Positions 8,840 to 18,398 of a DNA stretch of 64,000 nucleotides are shown here, piece by piece (the stretch's first letter is position 1; every line of letters begins with the position of its first letter). The notes below the pieces were generated by a model, which was not told the DNA's origin, searched no databases, and worked only from the letters and a program-made list of their open reading frames with translations. The stretch covers positions 79,619-143,618 of the forward strand of contig JBELMC010000001.1 in assembly GCA_042096155.1 (NCBI GenBank), written 5' to 3'. The DNA comes from Dinoroseobacter sp. GTDB taxonomy: Bacteria; Pseudomonadota; Alphaproteobacteria; Rhodobacterales; Rhodobacteraceae. A program made the translations under genes and the position numbers.

Positions 8840-10702
8840 TTGCCCCACAATCCGTTTATTTTGCGTCTCGCCGCGGTTGCCACGGCCTGTTTGTTGGCGC
8901 TTTGCTCCAGTATCTTGTTGGCGGGCCTGGTCGAGGCGCGCTCCAAAACCGGAGTCCGCGCGGCTTTGGCGGAACACGGCCTGGATTTCGTATCCCTCGA
9001 TACCGATGGGTTGTTGATCACAATGACCGGGACCGCCCCCGACGAAGCCTCGCGGTTTCTTGCGCTGTCAATAGCCGGGCGCCTGATTGCACCAGACCGG
9101 GTGATTGACCACATGGATGTCGTCGACTCCTCTGGCCTCGATCCGTTGCGGTTCTCGGTCGAGATTTTGCGCAATGGCGATGGAATTTCATTGATCGGGC
9201 TTATTCCAACCGCCACGGGCCGGGCGCAAATCCTGGATGAATTGGCAGATCTCGATGACGGGGCCGAGATTACAGATATGCTCGAGACCGCCGACTACCC
9301 CGTCCCAGAAGGCTGGGAAGACGCGCTTGAATTCGCACTGGATGCTTTGAAGGATTTGCCGCGCTCGAAGATCTCCGTTTCACCCCGGCAGGCGTCGGTG
9401 ACGGCTCTGGCCGAGTCTGCCGAACAAAAGGCCCGAATTGAAAGTGCCCTGGGTCGGGCGGTCCCCGATACGCTGAAGCTGGCGATGGATATCGCCGCGC
9501 CGCGCCCCGTGATCACGCCATTTACCCTGCGCTTTGCCCAGACCCGTGACGGTATCGCTTTCGATGCGTGCTCAGCCGATACCCCGCAGGCACGTGACGC
9601 AATCTTGCGGGCGGCCAGCCAAGCGGGGCTTGAGGGCAAGTCAGACTGCACAATCGGGTTGGGTGTGCCGACCCCCCGTTGGGCGGAGGCCGTCAAAACC
9701 GCGATTGCGGCGGTGCAAGACCTGGGCGGCGGCACCGTAACGTTTTCGGATGCAGACGTGTCACTGGTGGCCCTTGATACCACAGAGCGCACCGAATTCG
9801 AGCGCGTGATCGGCGAGCTGGAAGCAGCGCTTCCTGCGGTCTTCTCGCTCCACTCGGTCTTGCCAGAGCCGGTCAAGATCGACGGCACGGGGGGCACGGA
9901 TCAAGTGCCCGAGTTCATCAGCACCTTGTCGCCCGAAGGTTTGGCCCAGCTGCGCGGCCGTGTGGCAGACGAAACCCAGCGCGCCACGGTGAATGCTTAT
10001 GCGCAGTCTCTGTTTGGGACCGATCAAGTCTATTCGGCCACCGTCCTGGACGAAGCTTTGCCCGACGTCTGGCCCATTCGTGTGTTGGCCGGGCTGGAAG
10101 CTTTGGGGCAGCTGGCCAATGGCAGCCTCGTCGTGCAGCCCGATTTCGTTCAGCTGCGCGGCGCCACAGGCAATGCGAATGCACAGGCCGAAATTGCCCG
10201 GATCTTGTCAAGCAAACTCGGCGAGGGCGAAGATTTCCGCTTGCAAGTGCGGTATGAAGAGGTGCTTGACCCAGCAGCCGCGCTGCCCACGCCCGAGGAA
10301 TGCGTTGCAAATGTCAACGCGGTCAAGGCCGCTCAGAAAATTACGTTCGAGCCTGGCTCGGCCAGCCTCAGTACCGACATGCGTGGACTGATGGATAAGA
10401 TTGCCGATGTGATGAAAGACTGCCAGGGCGTACAGATGGAAATTGCGGGCTATACCGATAGCCAAGGGCGCGAAGAAATGAACGAACGGCTCAGCCAAGC
10501 CCGCGCCGAAGCGGTATTGAGCGCTTTGCTCAGCCGACGGATCTTGACCGAGAACTTGATCGCAAAGGGCTATGGTGAGTCGGATCCGATCGCCGATAAC
10601 GCGACAGAAGAGGGCCGAGAAGAGAACCGCCGGATTGAATTCCGGCTGGTCACCGAGGCCGAAAGCGGGGATGAAACCCCCACCGAGGACGCAAATGAAT
10701 AG
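8840..10702 (+). CDS. Membrane-anchored BON/repeat-domain protein with C-terminal OmpA-like peptidoglycan-binding domain (start codon uncertain, TTG)
   Basis: N-terminal TM; BON-like GLLITMTGTAPDE...VIDHMDV; three internal alpha/beta repeats each containing a W; OmpA_C motifs IAGYTDSQG-EEMNERLSQARAEAV and GREENRRIEF. Confidence 0.88.
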   Translation: MPHNPFILRLAAVATACLLALCSSILLAGLVEARSKTGVRAALAEHGLDFVSLDTDGLLITMTGTAPDEASRFLALSIAGRLIAPDRVIDHMDVVDSSGLDPLRFSVEILRNGDGISLIGLIPTATGRAQILDELADLDDGAEITDMLETADYPVPEGWEDALEFALDALKDLPRSKISVSPRQASVTALAESAEQKARIESALGRAVPDTLKLAMDIAAPRPVITPFTLRFAQTRDGIAFDACSADTPQARDAILRAASQAGLEGKSDCTIGLGVPTPRWAEAVKTAIAAVQDLGGGTVTFSDADVSLVALDTTERTEFERVIGELEAALPAVFSLHSVLPEPVKIDGTGGTDQVPEFISTLSPEGLAQLRGRVADETQRATVNAYAQSLFGTDQVYSATVLDEALPDVWPIRVLAGLEALGQLANGSLVVQPDFVQLRGATGNANAQAEIARILSSKLGEGEDFRLQVRYEEVLDPAAALPTPEECVANVNAVKAAQKITFEPGSASLSTDMRGLMDKIADVMKDCQGVQMEIAGYTDSQGREEMNERLSQARAEAVLSALLSRRILTENLIAKGYGESDPIADNATEEGREENRRIEFRLVTEAESGDETPTEDANE

Positions 10703-11021
10703 AACTGAATTCATCATCGCAACGGCGATCATCCTGGTTGTTGCGTTCGCCTTGGGATGGGCGACCTGCTGGTTGGTCAATCGACTGACCCGGGTCTCGC
10801 AAAGCGATATCGGCGAGCTGGACCAGATGGCACAGGCGCTGCACGAAGCGGAAGAAACGCGCGATCAGGCGATTACTTATCTGCAGTATCGCGAAGACGA
10901 GCTGACCAACCGGTTGACACAAACCGAAGCCGAGCTGGCCGCCGCGATGGATGGCTTGCGCGATGCCCGCCGCGAAGCCGAAGAGCTTCGGATCCATGTC
11001 GAACGTGCCTCGCAAAGCTGA
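10695..11021 (+). CDS. Small single-TM protein with coiled-coil tail (108 aa)
   Basis: ATG 10695 overlaps the end of the OmpA gene; TM IIATAIILVVAFALGWATCWLV followed by a heptad-rich acidic region. Confidence 0.85.
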   Translation: MNRTEFIIATAIILVVAFALGWATCWLVNRLTRVSQSDIGELDQMAQALHEAEETRDQAITYLQYREDELTNRLTQTEAELAAAMDGLRDARREAEELRIHVERASQS

Positions 11022-11033
11022 GCAGGTGTTTGT

Positions 11034-13481
11034 TCAGTCGCCTCCGAGAATGGCATCAAGCACATCCAAGAGGATGCGTTCGGCCGCACTTTGCGGCTGG
11101 GATTGCGGCTGTTGGTATTGGGGCTGCGATCTGTCAGCTTCAGCTTGCAGCGGGGGTCCCAGCGCACCTGGCACTGGCAATGTCATGGGCAAAGGCAGCG
11201 GCTGCAGACCGTCATGAATCCGCAGCATCGTTTCGTGCCATATTTCGGCTGGAAGGCCGCCGCCGGTGACACCGGTCAACGGCGTGTTGTCGTCATATCC
11301 CATCCAGACACCCGCGACATAATCGGCGCTGAAGCCGACGAACCACGCATCGCGGGCCGCCTGGGTTGTCCCGGTTTTGCCAGCCACCGGATGCTCAGGC
11401 AGTTTGGCACGTCGGCCTGTGCCGGTTTCGACCACCTGGTGCATCATGAAGGTCAGCTGCTGGGCGGCTTGGGGTGAGATTACGCGCTCACCAATACCAC
11501 CGGCGCGGTCCATCAACGGGGCGGCATCTCCTTGCAGGCGCAGCTCGCTCAAGCCATACGGGCTGACGGCACTGCCCCCGTTTAGAATGCCGGCATAAGC
11601 TGCGGTCATTTCCAGCAAGGTTGCCTCGGACGCACCCAGGGCCAGGGCGGGCCCCAGGGCCAGATCCCGGTCCAGACCGAATCCCGACGCCACCGTACGA
11701 ACGTTTTCGCGGCCGACATCTTCAGACACGCGCACCGCCGGAATATTCAACGACTCCGCCAGCGCCTGGGTCAGCGATACAGGGCCTGCAAATGTGTTGG
11801 AATAGTTGCGCGGGCTCCAGGGGCCAGAGCCCGGCACATCGAGGGTCAGCGGCGTGTCTTGGACAAGATCATCATAGCGCCATCCCAGATCCAGCGCCGC
11901 GGCATAGACAAACGGTTTGAAAGCGGAACCCGTCTGGCGCAACGCCTGGGTCGCACGATTGAACCCGCCCGATGCGCGCAGGTTGCGCCCCCCGACCATC
12001 GCGCGCACGGCGCCGTCAGCGCTCATCACCACAATTGCGGCTTGAGCTTGCGATCCTTCTCGGACCTTTGTTTCAAAAATATGTGCCAGCGCCTCTTCCG
12101 TGGCGGTTTGGATGCGCTGATCCAACGTCGTGCGGATAATCACATCCTCTGTCGTATCGCGGGTCAAATAGCTGGGGCCTGTCTCCATCACCCAATCGGC
12201 AAAATATCCCCCCGCACGGGCGTCGGCGGCCTCGGACAGCTCAGCGGGCGTGGCGCGCGCGCGCGCCGCTTCTTGGGGGCTGAGATAACCCTGTTCTTCC
12301 ATCAAACGCACGATCGTGGCGGCGCGGCGCTGCGCACGGGCCAGATCATTGGTGGGCGCAAACCGGGTTGGGGCCACCAGAAGCCCTGCCAACATAGCAG
12401 CCTCGGCAGGTGTCACGGCATTGACAGACTTGTTGAAATAGCGTCGTGCGGCCGCTTCGAACCCGCGTGCACCGGCGCCCAGATAGGCCCGGTTCAGATA
12501 AATCATCAAGATTTCGTCTTTGGCATAGCGCCCTTCAAGCGCCAGGGCATAGGGAACCTCTTTAAGCTTGCGCCACACTGTACCGCGTCGGCAGTCGGCT
12601 TCATACACGGCCTCGGTGATCCCCGCACTGGGATCGAACGGCTTGCCAAGACACAGCAATTTGGCCACCTGCTGTGTGATTGTCGAACCGCCATTGCCCG
12701 ACAAGGGCCCTCGACCTTCGCTCAGATTGATCCGAACCGCAGATGCCACACCGCGCGGGCTGATCCCCCAATGTGCATAGAACCGCTTGTCCTCAGTCGC
12801 GATCACGGCGTTGCGCAAATGCGGCGAGACCTGATCAACCGAGACCACCCCGCCAAACTGATCTCCGCGCCAGGCAAAAGCGGCGCCATTGCGGTCGGTC
12901 AAAGTGACCGAGCCGCGCACCCGACCGTCGGCAAGCTCGACCGCAGGCGGCAACATCGACATTGTATAGAGTGCCGCCAGCGCCACCAAAGCGGTCACAA
13001 CAACTGTGCCGCGCCAGAACAACGACCATATGATCCATGTGGTCCAGCGGATCAGCCGCCAAAAGAGCCGCCCTACGATTTTGGCGACAGCCGCCGCCTG
13101 CGCACCGATTGTCGGTGGCTGATGGGTCGGATCGTTGTGATCGGGCGGCGGTGCAATCGGCTCCGATGGCGGCATGGAATCAACAGCCCCCCCCATCGCC
13201 CAATCCCGGGTTTGTCCCGCGATCCGAGGCGGGCCCACAGACCGGTTCTGGTCTTCAGCGGAAGGCGCGGGCGGCCCGGGTCTCGGCACAGCCCGTGAAG
13301 AATGCGAAAGTCTGGGCTCTTGATGTGACAGTTGCGCATCGTTTGGGCGCTTGGTCTCGGCAGAAGAGGCCTTGGACTTTGCAGGCGGCGCGTAAGGGCC
13401 ACGCTCAATCCGCAGACCGCGACGGCGCGGGCGATTGGGATCCACATTCTGCGGAGGCGTGGTGTCGTCGTGATCCGTCAT
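11034..13481 (-). CDS. Class A penicillin-binding protein (PBP1A family, transglycosylase plus transpeptidase)
   Basis: TG motifs EDKRF, GGSTITQQVAK, RKLKE and YLNRAYLG; TP motifs GSAFKPF, SLN and GKTGT. Confidence 0.95.
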   Translation of the reverse strand: MTDHDDTTPPQNVDPNRPRRRGLRIERGPYAPPAKSKASSAETKRPNDAQLSHQEPRLSHSSRAVPRPGPPAPSAEDQNRSVGPPRIAGQTRDWAMGGAVDSMPPSEPIAPPPDHNDPTHQPPTIGAQAAAVAKIVGRLFWRLIRWTTWIIWSLFWRGTVVVTALVALAALYTMSMLPPAVELADGRVRGSVTLTDRNGAAFAWRGDQFGGVVSVDQVSPHLRNAVIATEDKRFYAHWGISPRGVASAVRINLSEGRGPLSGNGGSTITQQVAKLLCLGKPFDPSAGITEAVYEADCRRGTVWRKLKEVPYALALEGRYAKDEILMIYLNRAYLGAGARGFEAAARRYFNKSVNAVTPAEAAMLAGLLVAPTRFAPTNDLARAQRRAATIVRLMEEQGYLSPQEAARARATPAELSEAADARAGGYFADWVMETGPSYLTRDTTEDVIIRTTLDQRIQTATEEALAHIFETKVREGSQAQAAIVVMSADGAVRAMVGGRNLRASGGFNRATQALRQTGSAFKPFVYAAALDLGWRYDDLVQDTPLTLDVPGSGPWSPRNYSNTFAGPVSLTQALAESLNIPAVRVSEDVGRENVRTVASGFGLDRDLALGPALALGASEATLLEMTAAYAGILNGGSAVSPYGLSELRLQGDAAPLMDRAGGIGERVISPQAAQQLTFMMHQVVETGTGRRAKLPEHPVAGKTGTTQAARDAWFVGFSADYVAGVWMGYDDNTPLTGVTGGGLPAEIWHETMLRIHDGLQPLPLPMTLPVPGALGPPLQAEADRSQPQYQQPQSQPQSAAERILLDVLDAILGGD

Positions 13482-13640
13482 ACTGCCCCGGATGCTTGCC
13501 TAAAGACTTGTCATCATACCCAAAGAAGGCGCCAGATTTTTACTGGTTCTAAGCGCTGCTTTTACACCGCTATCGCCGGTTAAGATAGGGAATCGACAAA
13601 AAATTGCGAAAGACCTGGAGGGTCGGGTGAGTATCCAGTT

Positions 13641-13691
13641 TGCTTATTTTTTAATCAATTAACTTTTTTTGTGCAAAATTTGTGCAAAATT
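13641..13691. promoter_or_regulatory. AT-rich region with candidate NtrC-type sites upstream of glnK
   Basis: TGCTTATTTTTTAATCA (13641-13657) and TGTGCAAAATTTGTGCA (13670-13686) approximate TGC-N11-GCA; TGTGCAAAATT occurs twice in tandem. Confidence 0.4.
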
Positions 13692-13804
13692 GGCGATTTG
13701 TTGCTGTAAATTTGAGCCAAATTGTTGAATCCACCGATCCGTTCATTCCGTTCTAACCTGTGTTGTCCGCAAGGGCACCTGCCAAATTCGGAAGGGTAAC
13801 AACC

Positions 13805-14143
13805 GTGAAACTCATTATCGCAGCAATCAAGCCGTTTAAACTGGAGGAGGTCCGCGAGGCGCTGACCGCCATCGGTGTCCGCGGTATGATGGTCACCGAA
13901 ATCAAGGGCTTTGGCGCCCAGTCGGGCCATACCGAGATTTATCGCGGCGCAGAATACGCCGTGAACTTCGTTCCAAAAGTGAAACTCGAAGTCGTCGTGA
14001 CGGCCGCTATGGCGGACCAAGTCGTCGAGACCATCCAAACCACCGCCAAAACCGACAAGATTGGTGACGGCAAAATCTTCGTCCTGGACGTCGCCCAAGC
14101 GGTGCGCGTGCGGACCGGAGAGACCAACGACGACGCGCTCTGA
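13805..14143 (+). CDS. glnK: P-II nitrogen regulatory protein GlnK
   Basis: 112 aa from GTG 13805; IIAAIKPFKL, GFGAQSGHTEIYRGAEY and IGDGKIFV motifs; directly upstream of amtB. Confidence 0.96.
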   Translation: MKLIIAAIKPFKLEEVREALTAIGVRGMMVTEIKGFGAQSGHTEIYRGAEYAVNFVPKVKLEVVVTAAMADQVVETIQTTAKTDKIGDGKIFVLDVAQAVRVRTGETNDDAL

Positions 14144-14178
14144 TCCGCCTCTGTCCAAATTCAAAGGGTATTCTACGT

Positions 14179-15489
14179 ATGAAACTCACGAAAGTTCTTC
14201 CCCTCGCCGCGGCGACCATGTTGGTGCCAGGTCTTGGGTTCGCTCAGGAGGCCGCGCCGTCATTCGACGAAATCGGTCCCTATATCATGACCACCTTGTT
14301 GTTCTGTATGGCGGGCTTTTTGGTCTTCTTCATGGCCGCAGGCTTTGCCATGCTCGAAGGCGGCCTGGTGCGTTCCAAGAACGTTACCATGCAAATGACC
14401 AAGAACATCGCGTTGTTCTCTATCGCGGCCATCATGTACTGGTTGGTCGGCTTTAACACGATGTATCCCGGCGACTTCAACGGCTGGTTTGCCATCGGTG
14501 GTCAAACCGTTCTGGATCCGGTGGGTGTTGCAGCGGCAGACGCTGCGCTTGATTACGCCTCGGTTGGTTCGGATTTCTTCTTCCAGTTGGTGTTCGTGGC
14601 CGCCACGGCTTCGATTGTTTCGGGCGCGCTGGCTGAACGAATCAAATTGTGGCCCTTCTTGATCTTCGTGATCGTGTTGACCGGCTTCATGTACCCGATT
14701 TCTGGCTCCTGGCAGTGGGGTGGCGGTTGGCTGTCCGAAGCAGGGTTCTCTGACTTCGCGGGCTCGACCGTTGTGCACTCCGTGGGTGGCTGGGCCGCTC
14801 TGGCCGGCGCCATTGTTCTGGGGCCACGCCTTGGCAAGTACAAAGATGGTAAGATCAACCCGATGCCGGGCTCAAACCTCGCACTGGCCACACTTGGAAC
14901 ATTTATCCTCTGGTTGGGTTGGTTCGGGTTCAATGGCGGCTCGCAGCTGGCCATGGGAACTGTGGGGGATGTGTCTGACGTGTCGCGCATCTTTGCCAAC
15001 ACCAATATGGCGGCTGCTGCCGGTGCTGTCACCGCGCTGATCCTGAGCCAGGTTCTGTACAAAAAGCCTGATTTGACGATGGTCTTGAATGGCGCGTTGG
15101 CAGGTTTGGTGTCGATCACCGCTGAGCCCCTGGCCCCGACGCTGTTTGGGTCTTTGTGGATCGGTGCCGTGGGTGGCGTGATTGTTGTTCTCACCGTTCC
15201 GCTGCTTGACAAGTTCAAGATCGACGACGTTGTCGGCGCCATCCCGGTTCACCTGTTCGCCGGTATCTGGGGCACCATCGCCGTGGTCTTTTACAACGGC
15301 GACGCCTCTTTGTTCACGCAGCTGACCGGTATCGTGGCCTTCGGTGTGTTCACTTTCGTAGCCTCGCTTATCGTTTGGTCCATCCTCAAGGTGGCCATGG
15401 GGATCCGGGTGAGCGAGGAAGACGAGATCAACGGTCTCGACACGTCGGAAATGGGTATGGAAGCCTATCCGGAGTTCTCTAAGGGCTAA
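14179..15489 (+). CDS. amtB: Ammonium transporter AmtB
   Basis: DFAGSTVVHSVGG, LWLGWFGFNGGS and DDVVGAIPVH motifs. Confidence 0.97.
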   Translation: MKLTKVLPLAAATMLVPGLGFAQEAAPSFDEIGPYIMTTLLFCMAGFLVFFMAAGFAMLEGGLVRSKNVTMQMTKNIALFSIAAIMYWLVGFNTMYPGDFNGWFAIGGQTVLDPVGVAAADAALDYASVGSDFFFQLVFVAATASIVSGALAERIKLWPFLIFVIVLTGFMYPISGSWQWGGGWLSEAGFSDFAGSTVVHSVGGWAALAGAIVLGPRLGKYKDGKINPMPGSNLALATLGTFILWLGWFGFNGGSQLAMGTVGDVSDVSRIFANTNMAAAAGAVTALILSQVLYKKPDLTMVLNGALAGLVSITAEPLAPTLFGSLWIGAVGGVIVVLTVPLLDKFKIDDVVGAIPVHLFAGIWGTIAVVFYNGDASLFTQLTGIVAFGVFTFVASLIVWSILKVAMGIRVSEEDEINGLDTSEMGMEAYPEFSKG

Positions 15490-15503
15490 CGCCTTTGCGC
15501 CGC

Positions 15504-15537
15504 GCCTCGGACGACATTGCGCGTCCGAGGCCTTTTT
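15504..15537 (+). terminator. Intrinsic terminator of glnK-amtB
   Basis: Perfect 10-bp stem GCCTCGGACG/CGTCCGAGGC with an 8-nt loop, followed by CTTTTT. Confidence 0.8.
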
Positions 15538-15547
15538 AAACAAAGCC

Positions 15548-15583
15548 GAAAAAGGCGCGCCCTTCCTCCCGGGGCGCGTCTTT
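15548..15583 (-). terminator. Intrinsic terminator of the convergent aminotransferase gene
   Basis: Stem AAAGGCGCGCCC/GGGCGCGTCTTT; U-tract on the minus strand. Confidence 0.6.
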
Positions 15584-15609
15584 ATTGTTCGTTTTGGGAC
15601 CAAGCCGGT

Positions 15610-16791
15610 CTATAATTCGAATGCGATCGCCTCAGCAACACGTGAGATGTTACGAGCGGTCAGGCCCGCGGTATTGATCCGACCATCTTCGACCAGATAC
15701 ACGCCATGGGTTTCGCGCAGACGAACCAGCAGATCGTTGTCAAAGCCCAGAATAGAAAACATCCCCCGATGCGCGGCCACATAGCCAAACCGGTCATCGC
15801 CCAGCGCATCTGCAAGGGCTGTGGCCAGCTTGATGCGATTGGTCTCGATCCTTATGCGCATCTGTGTCAGCTCAGCTTCCCAATCGGCGCGCAATTCTGG
15901 GTCCGTCAGGATTTCAGTGGCCACACGCGCGCCATGATCCGGCGGGAATGCAAAATTCAACCGGTTCAATGAAATCAATCCAGCCTGGGCCAACTGGGCC
16001 ACCTTTGCGGTTTGCGCGACCACAAAAGCGGCCGCGACACGCTCTCGGTACAGACCAAAGCTCTTGGATCCCGACAGCGCAACCATCATCTGCGGCAGAC
16101 GCGCGGCCAAAATACGCAGACCTGTGGTATCGGCCAACACCCCATCGCCAAAGCCCAGATAGGCCGCGTCAACCAGAGGCAGTGCACCTGTCTGCGCCAG
16201 AAGATCCGCCAACAGGTTCCACTGATCCAAATCCAGATCTGCGCCTGTCGGATTGTGACAGGCCGCGTGAAGAATCACGACATCCTCAGGACCAGTGCCC
16301 GCAAGATCCGCCATCATTGCGTCAAACGCGACCTGACCGGTTTTTTGATCATAATACCCATAGCGACGCACTGGCATCCCGATGGCTTCGCCAATACCGG
16401 GATGGTTCGGCCATGTCGGCTCTGACATCCAGACGCGCGCAGACGGTTTCGCCAGATTTGCAAGATCCAGCAGCTGGCGCAGCGCAGAGCTGCCGCCCGG
16501 TGTCGCAACCGTTGCAATTCGACCCGGTTCAACCGATGACCCGAACACCCATTCGCGAGCAGCGGTCTGGAACGCAGGGTCTCCTCCCAGGCCAAGATAG
16601 CTTTTGGTGTTCTGGCTTGCGAGGATCCGCTGTTCGGCGATCTTGACCACCCGAAAGATCGGTGTGTGGCCGGTTTCATCGCGGTAGACGCCCACGCCAA
16701 GGTCGATCTTATTGGTCCGCGTATCGGCCTGAAAGCTTTGCATCAACTTGATGATCGCATCCGGGTCCCGTTGCGGAAGCGCGTTCAACAT
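15610..16791 (-). CDS. tyrB: Aromatic amino acid / aspartate aminotransferase (class I)
   Basis: KIDLGVGVYRD, LHAACHNPTGAD and SGSKSFGLYRERV (PLP lysine) motifs. Confidence 0.9.
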   Translation of the reverse strand: MLNALPQRDPDAIIKLMQSFQADTRTNKIDLGVGVYRDETGHTPIFRVVKIAEQRILASQNTKSYLGLGGDPAFQTAAREWVFGSSVEPGRIATVATPGGSSALRQLLDLANLAKPSARVWMSEPTWPNHPGIGEAIGMPVRRYGYYDQKTGQVAFDAMMADLAGTGPEDVVILHAACHNPTGADLDLDQWNLLADLLAQTGALPLVDAAYLGFGDGVLADTTGLRILAARLPQMMVALSGSKSFGLYRERVAAAFVVAQTAKVAQLAQAGLISLNRLNFAFPPDHGARVATEILTDPELRADWEAELTQMRIRIETNRIKLATALADALGDDRFGYVAAHRGMFSILGFDNDLLVRLRETHGVYLVEDGRINTAGLTARNISRVAEAIAFEL

Positions 16792-16797
16792 GCCTCT

Positions 16798-17646
16798 TTA
16801 TCCTGTTTCAATAGCCAGTGCGGGGAATTGTCCCCATTCTGCCCAGGAGCCGTCGTAAAGTGCGTGGTCCACATGGCCAAGACGATCCAGCGCCAGGTTT
16901 AAAATCGCCGCTGTCACACCAGAGCCACAGCTGGTGATGATCGACTTGCTCAGGTCGACGTCCGCGGCCTCAAAAACCGCGCGCAGCTCGGAATTGGACT
17001 TCATCGTGCCTGCTGCGGTCAAAACCGTCTTGAACGGCACATTTCGTGCGCCCGGAATATGGCCCGCACGCAAGCCAGGCCGCGGCTCGGGATCGTCGCC
17101 ACGGAACCGGGAGGCGGGTCGCGCATCGACGATCATCGGATGGCCCAGCTTCAACGCAGCAGCGACCTGGGTGACATCCTTGATCAGACCGGCACGGCGG
17201 CGCACGGTGATGTGGCGCTCACGAATCATTGGGGGCATATCCTCGATTGGGTGCCCTTCGGCCTGCCACTTGCCAAAGCCGCCATCCAACACTGCCACAT
17301 CGGTTTTGCCCATCAGATTGAACAGCCACCGCATCCGCGCGGCCGAAAAGATCCCCGCGCCGTCATAGACGACCACCTGATGTCCGTCTCCGATGCCCAT
17401 CGCCCGCATGCGGCTCATGAATTTCTCGACCGGGGGCGCAGTGTTGGGCAAGTCTGAGCGGGCATCGCTGAGATCATCGAGATCGACAAATCGCGCGCCG
17501 GGGATATGCGCCGCATCATATTCGGCTTTCGCATCTCGCTGCATGTCCGGCAAGTACCATGACGCATCAATGATCCGCAGATCCGGGTCGTTTAAATGCA
17601 GGGCCAACCAAGAGGTCGAGACCAATGTTTTGGGATCATCAGTCAT
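16798..17646 (-). CDS. sseA: 3-mercaptopyruvate sulfurtransferase
   Basis: Tandem rhodanese; HIPGA twice, active-site CGSGVTA, YDGSWAEWG. Confidence 0.95.
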   Translation of the reverse strand: MTDDPKTLVSTSWLALHLNDPDLRIIDASWYLPDMQRDAKAEYDAAHIPGARFVDLDDLSDARSDLPNTAPPVEKFMSRMRAMGIGDGHQVVVYDGAGIFSAARMRWLFNLMGKTDVAVLDGGFGKWQAEGHPIEDMPPMIRERHITVRRRAGLIKDVTQVAAALKLGHPMIVDARPASRFRGDDPEPRPGLRAGHIPGARNVPFKTVLTAAGTMKSNSELRAVFEAADVDLSKSIITSCGSGVTAAILNLALDRLGHVDHALYDGSWAEWGQFPALAIETG

Positions 17647-17822
17647 GGGATTTAGGCTCCGGATGCGTTTTCGGTCCTGATCGCTATCGCCCGGAAATCA
17701 AATTTTGTCCAGACATGGCGGCTTTTTAGGCCCCAAGTCCGTGCCGATCCGTCTCTCGCAGAATGCCGCACGACCTGTCGGCCTGAGGGCGTCCGCCGTG
17801 CCCGGTCAATCATGAAGATGGC

Positions 17823-18299
17823 TTACCCCTGTTGCTTCAAAAGGCGGTTTTTTTGGCGGTTCCAATCCCGTTTGGCATCACTCGCCCGCTTATCGGCCAA
17901 CTTTTTGCCCTTGGCGATCCCGATCTTCATCTTCACAAGACCACGATGATTGAAATACATCACCAATGGCACGAGAGTCATTCCCTCGCGCTGGGTCGCG
18001 TTCCACAACTTGGACAGTTCGCGCCGACGGACCAACAACTTGCGCCGCCGCCGTTCCTCATGGGTGAAGGTCTTGGCCTGTTTGTAAGGTGCAATATAGC
18101 CGTTCACCAACCACAGCTCGCCGTTTTCGACCGCCGCGTAGCTGTCCGCGATATTGGAGCCCCCCACCCGCAACGACTTCACCTCAGAGCCCTCCAGCAT
18201 GAGCCCGACTTCCAAATCATCCTCGATGGCGTATTCACGCCGTGCCCGCCGATTTTCGGCAATCACCTTGTAATTGGGGTCTGATTTACTTTGTGCCAT
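17823..18299 (-). CDS. smpB: SsrA-binding protein SmpB
   Basis: [26 protein letters not shown] and [10 protein letters not shown] motifs. Confidence 0.97.
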   Translation of the reverse strand: MAQSKSDPNYKVIAENRRARREYAIEDDLEVGLMLEGSEVKSLRVGGSNIADSYAAVENGELWLVNGYIAPYKQAKTFTHEERRRRKLLVRRRELSKLWNATQREGMTLVPLVMYFNHRGLVKMKIGIAKGKKLADKRASDAKRDWNRQKNRLLKQQG

Positions 18300-18398
18300 C
18301 GTCGCGCTTATCTAAGGACCGCGCAGAGATCACGCAACGGCCCGTGTCAAAATAGTAAGTCCATCGCAGCCCGTAGCCGGATTTTCCAACACGAATAG

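Noticed and set aside
11859-13298. 479-aa plus-strand ORF
   Set aside because: It lies fully antisense to the PBP1A gene and has no recognisable motif; typical shadow ORF of GC-rich coding DNA.
13691-13705. Sigma54 -24/-12 promoter upstream of glnK
   Set aside because: GG and GC are separated by 9 nt, not the required 10.
17647-18398. tmRNA (ssrA) next to smpB
   Set aside because: The flanking gaps (176 bp and 99 bp) show no tRNA-like acceptor or T-arm sequence and are short for a tmRNA.
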